Assembly: GCF_006345805.1 (NCBI RefSeq)
Contig: NC_043015.1
Coordinates: forward strand, 27,342,001-27,406,000
Direction of reading: 5' to 3'
Source of the DNA: Octopus sinensis
Lineage: Eukaryota
DNA: 64,000 nt
The position numbers and the translations under genes are program-made. Below are positions 39,666 to 52,799 of this stretch, piece by piece. Below the pieces are notes generated by a model. That model was not told the origin of the DNA and did not search any database. It saw only the letters and a list, made by a program, of their open reading frames with translations. Each line of letters begins with the position of its first letter. Within the stretch, counting starts at the first letter, position 1.

Positions 39666-41610
39666 CTTGAAGAAATACCCGGTGTAGCCAAAGTTAAAGA
39701 GAATAATGAAATTTTAAAATGGTGCCTCGATTACGCAGGTCTCAACTGCTTGTAGCTTAGACACCAAATTTGTTCATTAATAACTCTGCAACCCATGCCA
39801 GCATGGAACACAGATGTTAACTGAAATGTTAAAAGAAAGTTCTCAACTCATATTTGTACATAAAGTAAATATATGTAATTCAAAAACACGTTTTGTGTAG
39901 CTTATTTCGTAACCAAAAAACAGGTACAGATTATAAACAATGGAAGGCCGATTTTGGTGATTAAGTAGAGAGCCAATCCGATGATAAATTTGATCTTGGA
40001 TCTTGAAAGTTTGCATGAATCTTAGCTCAGTAAATCTCTTGTGGCTCCAAATGATGTCATTTGTAGAGCAATGTTATATTGTCTAACTTTGCTTTGGAAG
40101 TGCTTGGAATCTTGGTCAGTTGATGACAACAGTTTCTTCAGTAGCTCTGGTGGTTAGGAGATTGCAGGGAGTTTAACATTTCCATCACTGCAGCACAGTG
40201 CAAGTGTCTCTCCAGGCCACTTCCTTGCTTTACAATGTATGCACTCAGTTGTCATTGCACCAATGAAAACTCTAGTGTCATCTGCATAATGAACTGCTGG
40301 ATCATAATGGAAAGCTGCTTCATAGCAGTTGCTTCGCTGAGCTGTTGCAACTGCTCTTCATTCTGCAGTGGAGATCCTATTCCTTGTCAGCTGTGCATCA
40401 CTTTGAGATGCTCTGGCTTTTGTAGTGCACAATCTGTTCGTTTCTTGGTATGCTTCTCTTTCTGCATCTCTCTCTCTTTCTCTGGACAGAGACATTCTTT
40501 TGGCTGAGCTTGCCATTGTGGACAAATTTGACACTTTTTTTCTAGGCATGGTTATATACGTATACAGAAATACACAGGTGCAGAAGATAGTAAACAATGA
40601 AGATAATTGGGTAACAGAAATTATATTTCTTAATATGATGGGCAGAAAGAAAATAAGAAATGTTTACGAAAAATAAAGAATTGTATGGGTTGAAGCAAAA
40701 TTTGTCATTTAGTGAACCAAAGAGCCAGTATCGAAGGAACAGAAAAATAGCCATTAACAACAGAAAATCACAAAACCATTGCAATAGTAAATAAGAAATT
40801 TTTAGAGAAATTAACGAAGTGTACAGATTGAAGTGAAATTTTTGAAGTTATTCTGTCATTAAATTATGAACTTATTTTATCAGATATTCCGTCAACAACA
40901 AAAAAATACAAAAAGTTGCAGAAGTAAATAAGCAACTTGTAGGCAAATTTAACGAAGTGTACAGATTGAAGTGAAATTTATGAAGTTACCTCTGTAAATA
41001 AATTATGTATGAAATTACTTTCATCAGTAACTGAAGAACTTCTTTCTGTCAGTAATTTGTTGTTGTCATTTGTAATTAGCAATTGAAAACTCACAGTGAA
41101 AACAATAGCGGATGAACTTAAAGTGAAAACAATACTGTCTGTAAAATGAAAGTGAAAACAAGAGAGTGAGATATGGAGAGAGGGGGAGACACAGAGAGCT
41201 AGCTAGTTAGACAAATAAGATAGATAGATAGAGAGATATAGAGTGACTGAGACAGATAGAGAGAGATGGCTAGAGAGATATAGACGTCACTGACACTAGA
41301 AAACCAGAAGTAAATATTTTTAAAAATTTTCAAAGATGTGAATCTAATATATAAAGCAATATTTTATAATTTTTAATGACCAATGGATGTAAGGGATACA
41401 ATCAGTTTCTGAAATTTATTTTGCAAAGAGTTACCTCCCTTCTCCATGTAACCCAAGAACAGGTGTTTTCTGACCTCAGGGGGCCCATTAATCATTATGT
41501 GGAAAATTTTTAGAGTCTAAAACCATCCCAGAACATAAGTAAAGTATGTTCCCAGTTTGAAGAAAATCAGTTGAAAAATACAGCCATTATAATCTTTTAC
41601 ACAGAACAGT
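39666..41610 (-). mobile_element. Internally deleted Helitron retaining the RepHel N-terminal region (about 39950-40540)
   Basis: Minus frame reads AAFHYDPAVHYADDTRVFIGAMTTECIHCKARKWPGETLALCCSDGNVKLP...SKHF...YNIALQMTSFGA, the Helitron N-terminal Cys-rich region. Degenerate 3' hairpin/CTAG near 39666-39690. Confidence 0.75.
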
Positions 41611-41977
41611 GTGTGTGTGTGTGTGTGGTGTGTGTGTGTGTGCGTGTGTGTGTGCACGTGTGTGTGTGTGTGTTGGAGTCGATTTTGCTCAAATCTTTGA
41701 ACTGAGAAAAAGCATGGTTGAATTTGATCAGATCAGATTGAGGACTGCTCCTTTAAATGAAAACTTTACCTATCATTGTGCTTTTGCCATCCACTCAAGG
41801 AAACACATAGTAAGTTATCCACAAGCACTTGAGGAAACTGACTCCTCATCTTGTTCCATTTGCCAAAAGTTTGCAAGGCACCAGCAGGCCTCAAGAGACA
41901 TATTTGTGTCTATAGAACATAATTACCACTTTATTTTACTGAACCCCCATTTGTCATTCACAACAGAATCCATCATC

Positions 41978-42008
<31 letters not shown>

Positions 42009-43459
42009 CATCCTTGTCACCATTTAATGCCCATGTTCCATGCTGGTATGAGTTGGATTATAGGTTGACTGGCTCCAATGGGTTCAAGGACTGCATCATA
42101 CTCCAATGTCTGCCTTGGTATGGTTTCTATGGCTGGATGTCCTTCCTAGCACAGACCACCTTATGTTGTGTACAGGGTATATTTTTTGTACCACCAACAC
42201 CATTGAGATTACTATGCAGTTCACAAGACAGTGAATTCTGAGGGAGTGGGGTTCAGCTTTATGCTAGGAAGTGAAGGGTTAAAGTATGAGAGAAAAGAAA
42301 AGCAGAGCAGGTTCTTGAAGTCGAGCTGCATGGTTATTCACATTTAGCAGGGGGAGGGAAAGAATGATTAGTAGTAGCTGTGAAGCTAAAGATATTAGAG
42401 ATGAGGTAACCCCTCAAGGCATGAGGTGAATAGAAGTGGTGGGTGAGTTTAGAGATTTATGAGGAGCAAGAGACAAGGGTAAGGGATACAGTCTGTAACT
42501 GTAAAAAAACCTGGGTAGAGTTGAAGGGTGATAACTAATGAGTCATGTATTAGAGAAGGATTGATAGATGTGGAACTGGGTAGTGGGGGGAGCAGCAAGA
42601 TAGTAATAAAACAGTTGACAGGGGGTGGGGGTCAAGAGAGAGAGAGATGTCAAGGTTGAGTAGACTGCAGAAGCAGAGAAATAGGTGTAGTACATGATGA
42701 GGTGTGGATCAATGTAACATGTAGATGGAGAATACAACAAACACAGTACTTCCAGAATTCAGTTTCAGTGAGGTGGGCGAGTCTTCTTGAGACCCTCACC
42801 AAACATCCCAATCCTTTGTAAGATCTTTTGAGAGATGGGAGACATTGGAGGAGGTGGCTTTGTGCCAGGTGATGGAAAGTGTATGAGAGAGGGTGAGAAA
42901 CAGGTGTCTTGCTGTAGAGGAGATACATGGTTACACCAGTCAGAGGAAGACAGTAAGAGAGAGAGAGTGAGCTAGAATGAGAAAGTGTAAGAGAGATGTG
43001 GTGATATGCCAGGGCACTCAAGGTATGGGGGTAGGAATATAAATGAGATGGTAAAACATTGTTGAGGGTACATGAGTAGTGGACGTTAAACGATGATTGC
43101 TTTACATTATGAGGGTACATTATAAGCTGATTGTGAAGGAGTGCTGCTAAAGCAGTGAAATCTTGCATGCATTCATTTTCAACTCTTCACATTAATAAGG
43201 AGGGATGCAGCAGTTGGTGAAATCTCGGTATATAGAGTTGGGACAACAGGATAACTATGGCAGGGCAGTGAGGACAGGATTGGACTGCAGGAGTGGCGAA
43301 GGAGAGATAAGCACAGTGCATGAAAAGAGGAGATGTAGTTTGGTTTAGTGGGGCTGTTTGTTAACTTAATGTTACATGTGAGTTGGACACATAGTGCTCC
43401 AGGAAATCAGTTTCACTTTTGCTGAGGTGGGTGGGTCTTCTCAAGAACTTCATATTGCC

Positions 43460-44620
43460 AGGCATCTTGGTACATTGTCATCTCCATTAGGCCCAACATC
43501 TTAAGATCAGTCTTCACTACTTCATCCTATGTCTTCCTGGGCCTCCCTCTTCTGCAGGTGCCTTCCACTTTAAGCAATCAGCACTTCTTAATACAGCTAT
43601 CTTCATTCATATGCATCACATGTCCAAACCAGCATAATCTTCTCTCTTGTATGCTGCATCTGATTCCTCTTATAACTCTCTCTGTAACTTTCATGACCTA
43701 GTTCAGCAGTTTGATACCTTCATAATTATTTCTATTAAGATATCACTTTTACCCTTGTAGCAGCTATTATACAACTACACCAGTCGTTGGGGATGACACC
43801 TTCCTGGATAACCAAATTAACTGTACGAGTGACTAGGTCATATCCTATTCCACCAAATATTTTAAGCATCTCAGCAGTCATTCCTGGTTGTCCAGGGGCT
43901 TTCCCTGTCTTTATATCCTTAAGTGCCTTTTCTAATATACTGCTATCAAATCTGATGGCTGGTCCTCGGTTGGTTCAATATTTGAAAGACTCTCCTTTTC
44001 CCATGCATTCTCCACATTTAGTAACTTTTCATAGTGGCACTTCCATGTCTCATTCTTTTCTGAATCACTAAGTGCAAGCATATTATCCATCTGCAAACAT
44101 TTCTTATCCACAACATCTCTATTCTCTCTGATACACAGCTTTGCAATCTTAGACACCTCACACTTATGATCTCGCAGTAGAACATTGGCAAATCTCTTAC
44201 TGACTGCTATTCCTTTTGCTATATAAACCTGTCACCTAGTTTCCCTTCTGGCTACCCAATATACTTCTCTGCTTTCACCATTTTTCCAGTCTTTCCAGGC
44301 CTGTCTCTTTGATTTTATAGTACTGTCTCCCTCCTTGTTCCACCTCCATGTCACCCTCAGCCTAGCTGAGACTTTGTACCAGCCACAGATTTGGTCTGTC
44401 GCCCTCAGTAGGTTGTCCTGTAAGGACTCCAATTGTCCTCTAAGCTAAACTCCTCCTCCTTCTCATCAGAAGCTTCCATTAGAAGCTTCCATTAGAATAT
44501 CGGTAAATTCCTGTTAGTTTGCTGGGTCTTTGAGCTTCCATAACCTTCTTTTCCAGACTGGTTTATTTCTCTGAATCCTTTTAGCTCTAATTCTGAAGTC
44601 AATAACTAGTAACCTATGTT
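43460..44620 (-). mobile_element. Old degenerate RTE LINE fragments
   Basis: ORFs 44232-44432 and 43932-44156 match the RTE pre-RT region. Confidence 0.8.
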
Positions 44621-44809
44621 GGGTTGTACATTCCTCACCAGAGAAAGACTTTGCATTTGCAATCCGCCAGTCACATTGCCTAATGAGGATGTAATTAATT
44701 TGGCTTATGTGCCTACCAGATTAACAAGTGATAAAAGTGGTTGGCTTGGTAGTCTCTCAAGTCTGAGAAAGGTGATTCCACAATTTCTTGCTGAACAACC
44801 TGCATGGAT

Positions 44810-45150
44810 GACAGCTTGGGCAAAGTTCAGAGAGCTCCTACCTCTGCTGGTGACAAAGGGCCTCTCGCTCAGAGTAAAAGGTAGACTGTATGATGCATGT
44901 GTACGAACAGCCATGCTACATGGCAGTAAAATATGGGTGGTGACTGCTGAGGAAATGCTTAAGCTCGCAAGAAATGAAGCCAGTATGCTCCGCTAGATGT
45001 GTAATGTCAGTGCGCATACATGATAGAGTGTAAGCACCTTGAGAGAAAAGTTGGACCTAAGAAGCATCAGTTGTGGCATGCAAGAGAGATGACCGCGCTG
45101 GTATGGACATGTGGTACAAATGGATGAGGACAGCTGTGTGAAAAAGTGGC
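44810..45150 (+). mobile_element. RTE LINE C-terminal fragment
   Basis: AWAKFRELLPLLVTKGLSLRVKGRLYDACVRTAMLHGS. Confidence 0.88.
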
Positions 45151-45887
45151 TCATCTCTACAAATTTTCAGATATATATATGTGTGTAGCATTGGGATGTT
45201 CTAGCTTTACGTATATATATATATATTTCAATTTATTTTATTTACTGATTGATTTTTCAAATTGTTAATTTGCAAATATTATACTAATGTTTTTTCATGC
45301 AGAACTACATTTCATCAAAAACTTCCCAAAAATGAATGTTTTTGTATTCTAAATATAACTCAAAGAGGAGTTATTCTAAATATAACTCAAAGAGGAGAAA
45401 AAGAAAGAAAGCAGGTGGGAAAGGAAAAAAAGGGAAGAGATAAAGAAAGCAAACTGAATTTCAGTGATGAGCAATTTTTTGTTTCTTTGAAGATGTCACC
45501 AGCCTTAAACCCATTCCAATACGATAGTAAAGAACTAAATAAATAAATGGTGAATAGGAAGGGGGATACCCCTTCTCTCTCTCTCTCTCCCTCTACCTAT
45601 CTGTCTGACTTTCTATATCTATCTATCTATCTGTCTTATCTATCTATATTTTTATCTGTCCATCTCCATTGTTATGGAACCTCATCCAAAAAAGCAAAAT
45701 CAATGTTCTCTTCTAACCAACGCCCCACCCCTCCCCAAAAAACATCTGTTTTATATAAATGTTGTTTGTACATACACAAAATTTTATTTGGCAAGTTCGA
45801 GAAAGGAACAACAGCACTAATAATAATGAAGAAATAAAAAGTTTTTTCCAAAGACTTTTTTATCTCAACATATATATATATATATTA

Positions 45888-46110
45888 TTGTATTTCGGAA
45901 TGGTCATTTTGCCAGTTTAGCCAATAAAAACACACGCACTATATATTTGGTGTTACTTTGCTTCAGTGTTATTTATTTTTTACATTAATCTTAATCTTAT
46001 TTCGGCCAGAGTTCTTTCGTCACACTCCTGTGACCGCATCAGTGGTCCTTTGTTTTCTTCTTTCTTATTTGTGTCTCTCCTTACTAACCGTCAACCATTC
46101 CGAAATACAA
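45888..46110 (-). mobile_element. About 220-bp pLTR-like mini-element with 17-bp terminal inverted repeats and a hammerhead-like motif (46004-46047)
   Basis: TTGTATTTCGGAATGGT (45888-45904) pairs with ACCATTCCGAAATACAA (46094-46110). Minus strand reads GACCA-CUGAUGC-g-GUCACA-ggag-UGUGAC-GAAAG-aa-CUC-UGGCC, with A9 changed to C. Confidence 0.6.
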
Positions 46111-46181
46111 CAATGTCTGTTTCAACACACGACTTCACATAAAAAATCTTGCACAACAAATATATAAACGTAATATATATA

Positions 46182-48228
46182 TCTCTATATTATAATTCTG
46201 AAATGCGAAAAGTTTGTTTGTCTGGTTTTGGCATTGAGTACGGGTTAAAGGCCACTAGATCCCGTCGGATTGACTCCAAAATTTACAGGGACATGAAAAA
46301 TGAGGTGAGAATGCGAGTGGGCTAGGTTAGAAATCCCCATCTTAAAAGGTGTCGTTGCTAGGGCCAAAAACGCACTTTGAAAAGTCTGCTCTCATTCTTT
46401 TATGTATCTGTCTTCCTCCATCACTCACTCTCTTTCCTCCCTTCCTTTCAATTTCTACCTATAATGTTGTTTCACAGTGTCTACCTCCCTTTCCTTAACT
46501 TTCTCTTTATAACGCCATTTCACAGCGTCCTATATCTCCCCCCCTCCCCGCCTTCGACAGCGCTTTCACACTCTCTCTCTCTATGTCTGTCTGCATTCAT
46601 AGAGAGAATTATCATCGCCACCACAACCACACAATCATGAGAACAAATATTATGAATCAGATATTTACTGAGTTAATTTATATGTGTGTGTGTGTGTTCT
46701 ATATATAAATACGTATATATAATGTATATATACAAAGTGTATATATCTGTATTTATGTATATCAAACATTTTAATACTTTTTGATAGTTATATATATTTC
46801 AAAAAAAAAATTATAAATATAAATTAATAATTTAAATTTTATATTTTATATATTTTGTATATTATATTTTTATTTTTATGTTTTGGTTTATGTTTTTCAC
46901 TGTTTGATAATAGTGGTTTTATCTCTAATTTTATATATATATATATAATTTGTATACATTTGTATATATAATGCTTACACACACACACACATATATATAT
47001 ATACATATAATGCGTAAATATGTATATATAAGTGATTCTTTCTCATGACAGTAGACTCACCATGGCAAGCATTCAAAACTTCTTCATGATGGACGGCAAC
47101 ACATTGACGATTAAAAGGCTGGCGCAAATTTTTTAGCTTGATGTAACAGAGAATTCCTAAATACCCGCTCCTGTAAATTTTAATCCCCTTCCAGCCTCAT
47201 TTAGACCCCTTTTCACATTTTGGTTAATATAACCCGATTTCATTCGGATCTACTCGGGCCACATTTTATAAGAGAAGAATTTTGTCCTAGAGGTTACGCC
47301 TTTTATTTGAGGAAAAAAATAGTTGCCATGCAAACTCGCCAGCACTTTTAACATAGGTGTGCATATTTTCAGCACAACCGACCACATGATGCACACATTA
47401 TATATTTGCATGGCAACTATTTTTTTCCTCAAATAAAAGGCGTAACCTCTAGGACAAAATTCTTCTCTTATAAAATGTGGCCCGAGTAGATCCGAATGAA
47501 ATCGGGTTATATTAACCAAAATGTGAAAAGGGGTCTAAATGAGGCTGGAAGGGGATTAAAATTTACAGGAGCGGGTATTTAGGAATTCTCTGTTACATCA
47601 AGCTAAAAAATTTGCGCCAGCCTTTTAATCGTCAATGTGTTGCCGTCCATCATGAAGAAGTTTTGAATGCTTGCCATGGTGAGTCTACTGTCATGAGAAA
47701 GAATCACTTCAAAACTTGGTGTTTACGAATTTTCTTTTACATCAAGTTCAAAATTTTACGCCAGCCGTTAAACTGTCACTACGTTGATGTCTCTCGTTAA
47801 GAAATGCCAGCCATGGTCACTATACTATCCTCAGATTCTATTCCTTCAAAATTTGGTTTCCAATATTTTATTATTTTTATTCAGCTCGCAAGCTCAACTG
47901 TCCCTTTTAAATGATAGTGTTTTGCTGTCTATCTTGAAGCAGACCTTTCCGTTGTCATTGCCTGATATCTATGAGTGATCTTTCAAAATATTTTTCTTTC
48001 ACAACTTACTCAAGATCTTTTGTTGTTTATAAATGGGAGAGAGATAAAGAAAGATAGAGAGTAAGAGAAAGTGAGGAGAGTCCGAGAGAAAAGAAGAGTA
48101 AGAGAGTGGGAAAGTGAGAGAGAAAGGAGAGAGAAACAAAGAGGGAGAATTGGTGATAAAAAACAGATAGGAAGTAACAGAAGTAACAACACTCTTACCC
48201 GCGCGTAGAGCGGGCGACCTTTAGCTAG
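46182..48228 (+). mobile_element. Full-length non-autonomous Helitron
   Basis: A|TC 5' end at 46182. 3' hairpin CCCGC-N7-GCGGG (48198-48214) followed by CTAG|T at 48225-48229. Confidence 0.88.
47030..47709. repeat. Inverted repeat with 305-bp arms and 70-bp spacer inside the Helitron
   Basis: 47030-47334 vs 47405-47709 appear identical by eye. Confidence 0.95.
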
Positions 48229-49122
48229 TCTATATATATAAGACTGAGAATTTTAACTTTTCCCCTAGGGCGATCCCACAGCAATATCATATCTTCTCCA
48301 CTATTTCAGTATTACGTGTTAAAAGTGAAACAAAAACATCTCTCTATTGTAATGCAGACACTTTCACTTTAATACTGAAACTATTAAAGTGAATGTATTA
48401 TATAACAGGGATGAACCATTAACAGTGGTCATCCATTTTGCTAGAAGAAGATCCACTATGGTCTTATATGCTACACCACTGGTTTTCAATTCATATTAAT
48501 CAAATTAATATTCAATTTTTCACCCTTATTATGTGTGTGTGTGTGTGTGTGTGTGTCTGTGTATTAGCAATTCGTATAAAATTGCATCAATGACTTGAAC
48601 TTGAATAAGTGGTTTCACATAAATGGGGATAAATTAAAAAGGTTTGTTGTTATTATTATTACTGTTTGACTATTGTAATCACGTTTGTTGGTTCCTCGTC
48701 AGGGAAACGTTGTTGTGTTGCATTTGTTAAATAATTGTAAACCGTAACCCTCCCCCTTTCGGAGAAGGGGCTTTGGTTATTGTTTAAAAATTGAATTGTG
48801 TCCCTGTTTGGGGAAATTGACAATATTTTCACCGTCTTTACGGAAGCATTTTTGTTAAAATGCCTTCGATAGAAGAAAGTCCAAAAATGAATTTTGGTGC
48901 AGCCATACACTTCTATACAAGAGGGAGGACAAGATCCAATTGATCAAAATTGCAAGAGATGGGCCTGTTACATATTTTGAGTATTGTTATCACTAACGAT
49001 ATCAAGATATAACTTTGTATTTTGTATTTTATGTGTAGATGTATATATATAGATGTACATGTAATACGTACACATATATATACACATATATACATGCATA
49101 ATATATCTACCCATACACACAT

Positions 49123-49163
<41 letters not shown>

Positions 49164-49419
49164 TAGGGGCAGGTGTGGCTGTGTGGTAACAAACTACGTT
49201 CCAAACACATGGTCCTGGGTTCAGTCCCACTGTGTGGTGACTTGGCATGTGTCTTCTGCTGTAGCCTCAGACCAACAAAAGCCTTCTTAGTGGATTTTGT
49301 ACATATATACAGGCATACATACATATATATACCCTTACATTTGAACCGGAATCTCAAAAACATTGTCCCCTTACATCTCATTCTCATTTCATTCCCAACA
49401 CAGGGAAATAAAACTTACT

Positions 49420-52400
49420 TCTCACTACAGGACAATGGATGATGGTAACAGATATTTACCACATGCTACCTTATCAAGTGAAGTACATTGTCATCCACTT
49501 CACCTATAACCTTCATAGCGTACAGACAATTCAAACGACCCCACACCACTATACCACCACTGATACCTTCATCCTTCTAACTGTCTACTTTCTTATAAAT
49601 ACAACAGAATTCATTTCCAGCCATTCAACAGCTTGCAGTGCACCTGGAAAATGGTCAAAGAGTGTACTTCACCGATGCTAATGCTTCTCTATTGGCAGAG
49701 GAGCCAAGGGATAGCACACTCACTGCATTCTTCAAGTTTTGTCAAGTGGATCCATTTGTCAAGTGGATCATTTTCCTCTGTAGTTAATTCTGTAGATGAC
49801 CTCAAAAACAAAGTCTTTCCCAACTTCACACAAAACTACCAAAATCACAATTGGCTGTGTGAAAGAGCAATATTAGCTCCAAAAAACGTAGCTGTTAACA
49901 GCTAATGCATTCTCTTCCCAGCACTATACACACTTACAAGTCTGTTGATACAATTCCAGATATAAATGAAGTTGTGAACTATCCTCCTGAATTTCTCAAT
50001 TCATTGGAGCCTCCTCAACTACCTCCACACATATTAGCACTTAAAGTTGGGATTCCTGTAATGCTACTCCACAATCTGGAACCACCAACACTTTGCAATG
50101 GAACACGACTGGTAATAAAGATACCTTGCTGTATCCACAGATTACATTGTACTACACTTGGAATGGAAAAAAAATGGGCCCCACAGAAAGCAGGTCAAAA
50201 TGTTCGTGGATACCCTGGCATTAAGTTTCACACTTGCCTTGGGCGAGTATACACAGTGCATCCCACTCAACAAGAGTGCTTCTACCTTCGTCTACTACTG
50301 CATGAGGTCAGAGGGCCAACGTCTTTCCAGGCCCTAAAAATCGTTCATGGACATGTCTGCACAACATACAGAGAAGCCTGCTATCGACAAGGTCTGTTAG
50401 AAGATGGTGCACAATGGGATGCAACTTTAGGAGAGGCTGCTTTATCACAATCACCTAAAAGTCTCAGGGCACTATTTGCAGTATTACTACAGGCATGTGA
50501 ACTGTGTGATCCAGCCACTCTATGGCTCAAATATAGAGACAACCTGGCTGAAGACTTTCAGCGCGAAGCTTAACTGCTCTATCTTGACATGGAGGGTATC
50601 AGCAATGAAATCTATAACAAAACACTCATTGACATTGAAGGCAGAATTGCTAAACTGGGTGGAAATGAATTGTCGACGTATGGCCTGCCACAAGCATCCA
50701 GGTCAGGGTCAAATAGCCTTCCCACTGCTGTCATTCATGAAACAACCTACGACACTCAAGCGCTTTCAAAGTACATTGTTGAAAATAAACCTAACTTACT
50801 TCCGGACCAGCTGCAGGCCTACAGAACTATTCTTAACAGTGTACGCCAATGCGAGGGACAAATCTTCTTCCTCGATGCTCCTGGAGGGACATTTATTACA
50901 AAGCTTCTCCTTGCAGAAGTTAGGCAGCATCAGGACATTGCAGCAGCTGTAGCTGCAGCTACTTTGTTACCCAGTGGCAGGACAGCACACTCAACTTTTA
51001 AACTCCCTCTCAATTTAGCAGCATCCGAAATGCCTTCATGCAACATCAACAAAAGCTCTGATCAGGGACAAGTACTTAAAATGTGTCAGCTAATTGTCTG
51101 GGATGAGTGCACTATGGCTCACAAGGGAGCTTTGGAAGCATTAGAGCCCTGAAAGACATCCGAGACTGTCAGGCTCCAATGAGAGGTGTAACGCTTCTGT
51201 TGTCAAGTGATTTCAGGCAAACTCTTCCTGTCACTCCGAAAGGCACTAGAGCAGAGGAAGTCCAAGCATGCCTAAAGTCCTCTACCCTGTGGCATCATGT
51301 TACAATCCTCAGTCTCACCACTAACATGAGAGCTCAGCTACATGGCGACAAAATGTCCACAAAGTTTGCACAGGACATTTTGACACTTGGTGAAGGCAAG
51401 ATGCCTCTTGATGCTGCAGGACAAATGGAAGTGTGGTCATTTTCCTCTGTAGTTAATTCTGTAGATGACCTCAAAAACAAAGTCTTTCCCAACTTCACAC
51501 AAAACTACCAAAATCACAATTGGCTGTGTGAAAGAGCAATATTAGCTCCAAAAAACGTAGCTGTTAACAGCTAATGCATTCTCTTCCCAGCACTATACAC
51601 ACTTACAAGTCTGTTGATACAATTCCAGATATAAATGAAGTTGTGAACTATCCTCCTAAATTTCTCAATTCACTGGACCCTCCTCAACTACCTCCATACA
51701 TATTAGCACTTAAAGTTGGGATTCCTGTAATGCTACTCCACAATCTGGAACCACCAACACTTTGCAATGGAACACGACTGGTAATAAAGAAAATGAGGTC
51801 ACACGTTATCGAGGTGATCATTCTTTCTGGATGTGGAAAGGGTGATGATGTTTTTATTCCAAGATTTCCTCTTACTCCATCTGGAGCAGAAATTCCATTT
51901 ACATTCAGAAGACTGCAATTCCCCCTTCGTGTCAGCTTCGGATTGATCACTGACAGAGATGGTGAATCTAGGATAACACCACCAAATGAAATAAAAAATT
52001 AAATTAAAGACAAGACTATTGTCTATAAAGTATACAATGTAGAGAAAGAAAAAAAGATTTGAACACCTGGAGGAAAGCACCATCGAAAAGTGTCTTGGTG
52101 CAACTATGAAAGATATCTAACCAGAGGCAATAAATTGGCCACAATAGAAGCAACGTTCGAGTCAACGGAGCGTGCAAGGGAGTACTTGACTCGAGCCTTG
52201 CAAAGTGGAAATATTTTATCTTTACCTTTATATCTGGGACGTAGGACGTCCCGGATAAAAATTAAAAAGTCCCCCCAGAAGTAGAGGTAGGCTGGATTGT
52301 AGCCACACTTCTATACAAGAGGGAGGACAAGATACAATTAATCGAAATTGCAAGAGACGGGCCTACAATTCCAGTCTGTTATATATTTTGAGTATTGTTA

Positions 52401-52550
52401 TCACTAGCGATATCAAGATATAACTTTGTATTTTGTATTTTATGTGTAGATGTATATATATATAGATGTACATGTAATATGTACACATATATATACACAT
52501 ATATACATGCACTAGGACTATCACCCGGCAACGACAGGTCATAATGCTAG
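49420..52550 (+). mobile_element. Degenerate autonomous-type Helitron (Rep C-terminal linker + Pif1-like helicase) with 3' end
   Basis: [49 protein letters not shown] (Walker A deleted), GRTAHSTFKLP, IVWDECTM, DFRQTLPV, LCNGTRL, RRLQFPLRVSF. Degenerate hairpin plus CTAG|T at 52523-52551. Confidence 0.9.
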
Positions 52551-52584
<34 letters not shown>

Positions 52585-52614
52585 GTTGATCCAAACATGA
52601 AAACACAAAGAGAA

Positions 52615-52790
52615 AACACAACAACGCGAGGATGTGGAATAAGAATAGTATTATTGGACACTCAGGAAAGGAAAGAAAGGAGGATTTAGCGTTTCAAGTG
52701 GAGCTCTTCATCAGAAATATAAAAAAAGGAAATAACCAAGGAAGAGAAGACGGAGGAAAAAAAAAAATCGCCAATGATACACACGTAGTC
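52615..52790 (-). mobile_element. pLTR-like fragment with degenerate hammerhead (52684-52718)
   Basis: Minus strand reads AUUU-CUGAUGA-agagcuccacuu-GAAAC-gcu-AAAU. Stems II and III are mutated. Confidence 0.45.
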
Positions 52791-52799
52791 ACATATATA

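Noticed and set aside
42650-43168. 172-aa minus ORF (also 41609-42241 and 31094-31294)
   Set aside because: No recognisable domain or splice structure; composition suggests decayed repeat sequence.
48660-48720. Minus-strand CUGACGA suggesting another hammerhead
   Set aside because: No stem II partner and no intact GAAA. At best a decayed remnant, so it was not counted.
39950-51950. Idea that the Helitron N-terminal fragment (minus) and helicase (plus) are one rearranged element
   Set aside because: Opposite strands, about 9 kb apart, each with its own apparent 3' terminus. Independent copies are simpler.
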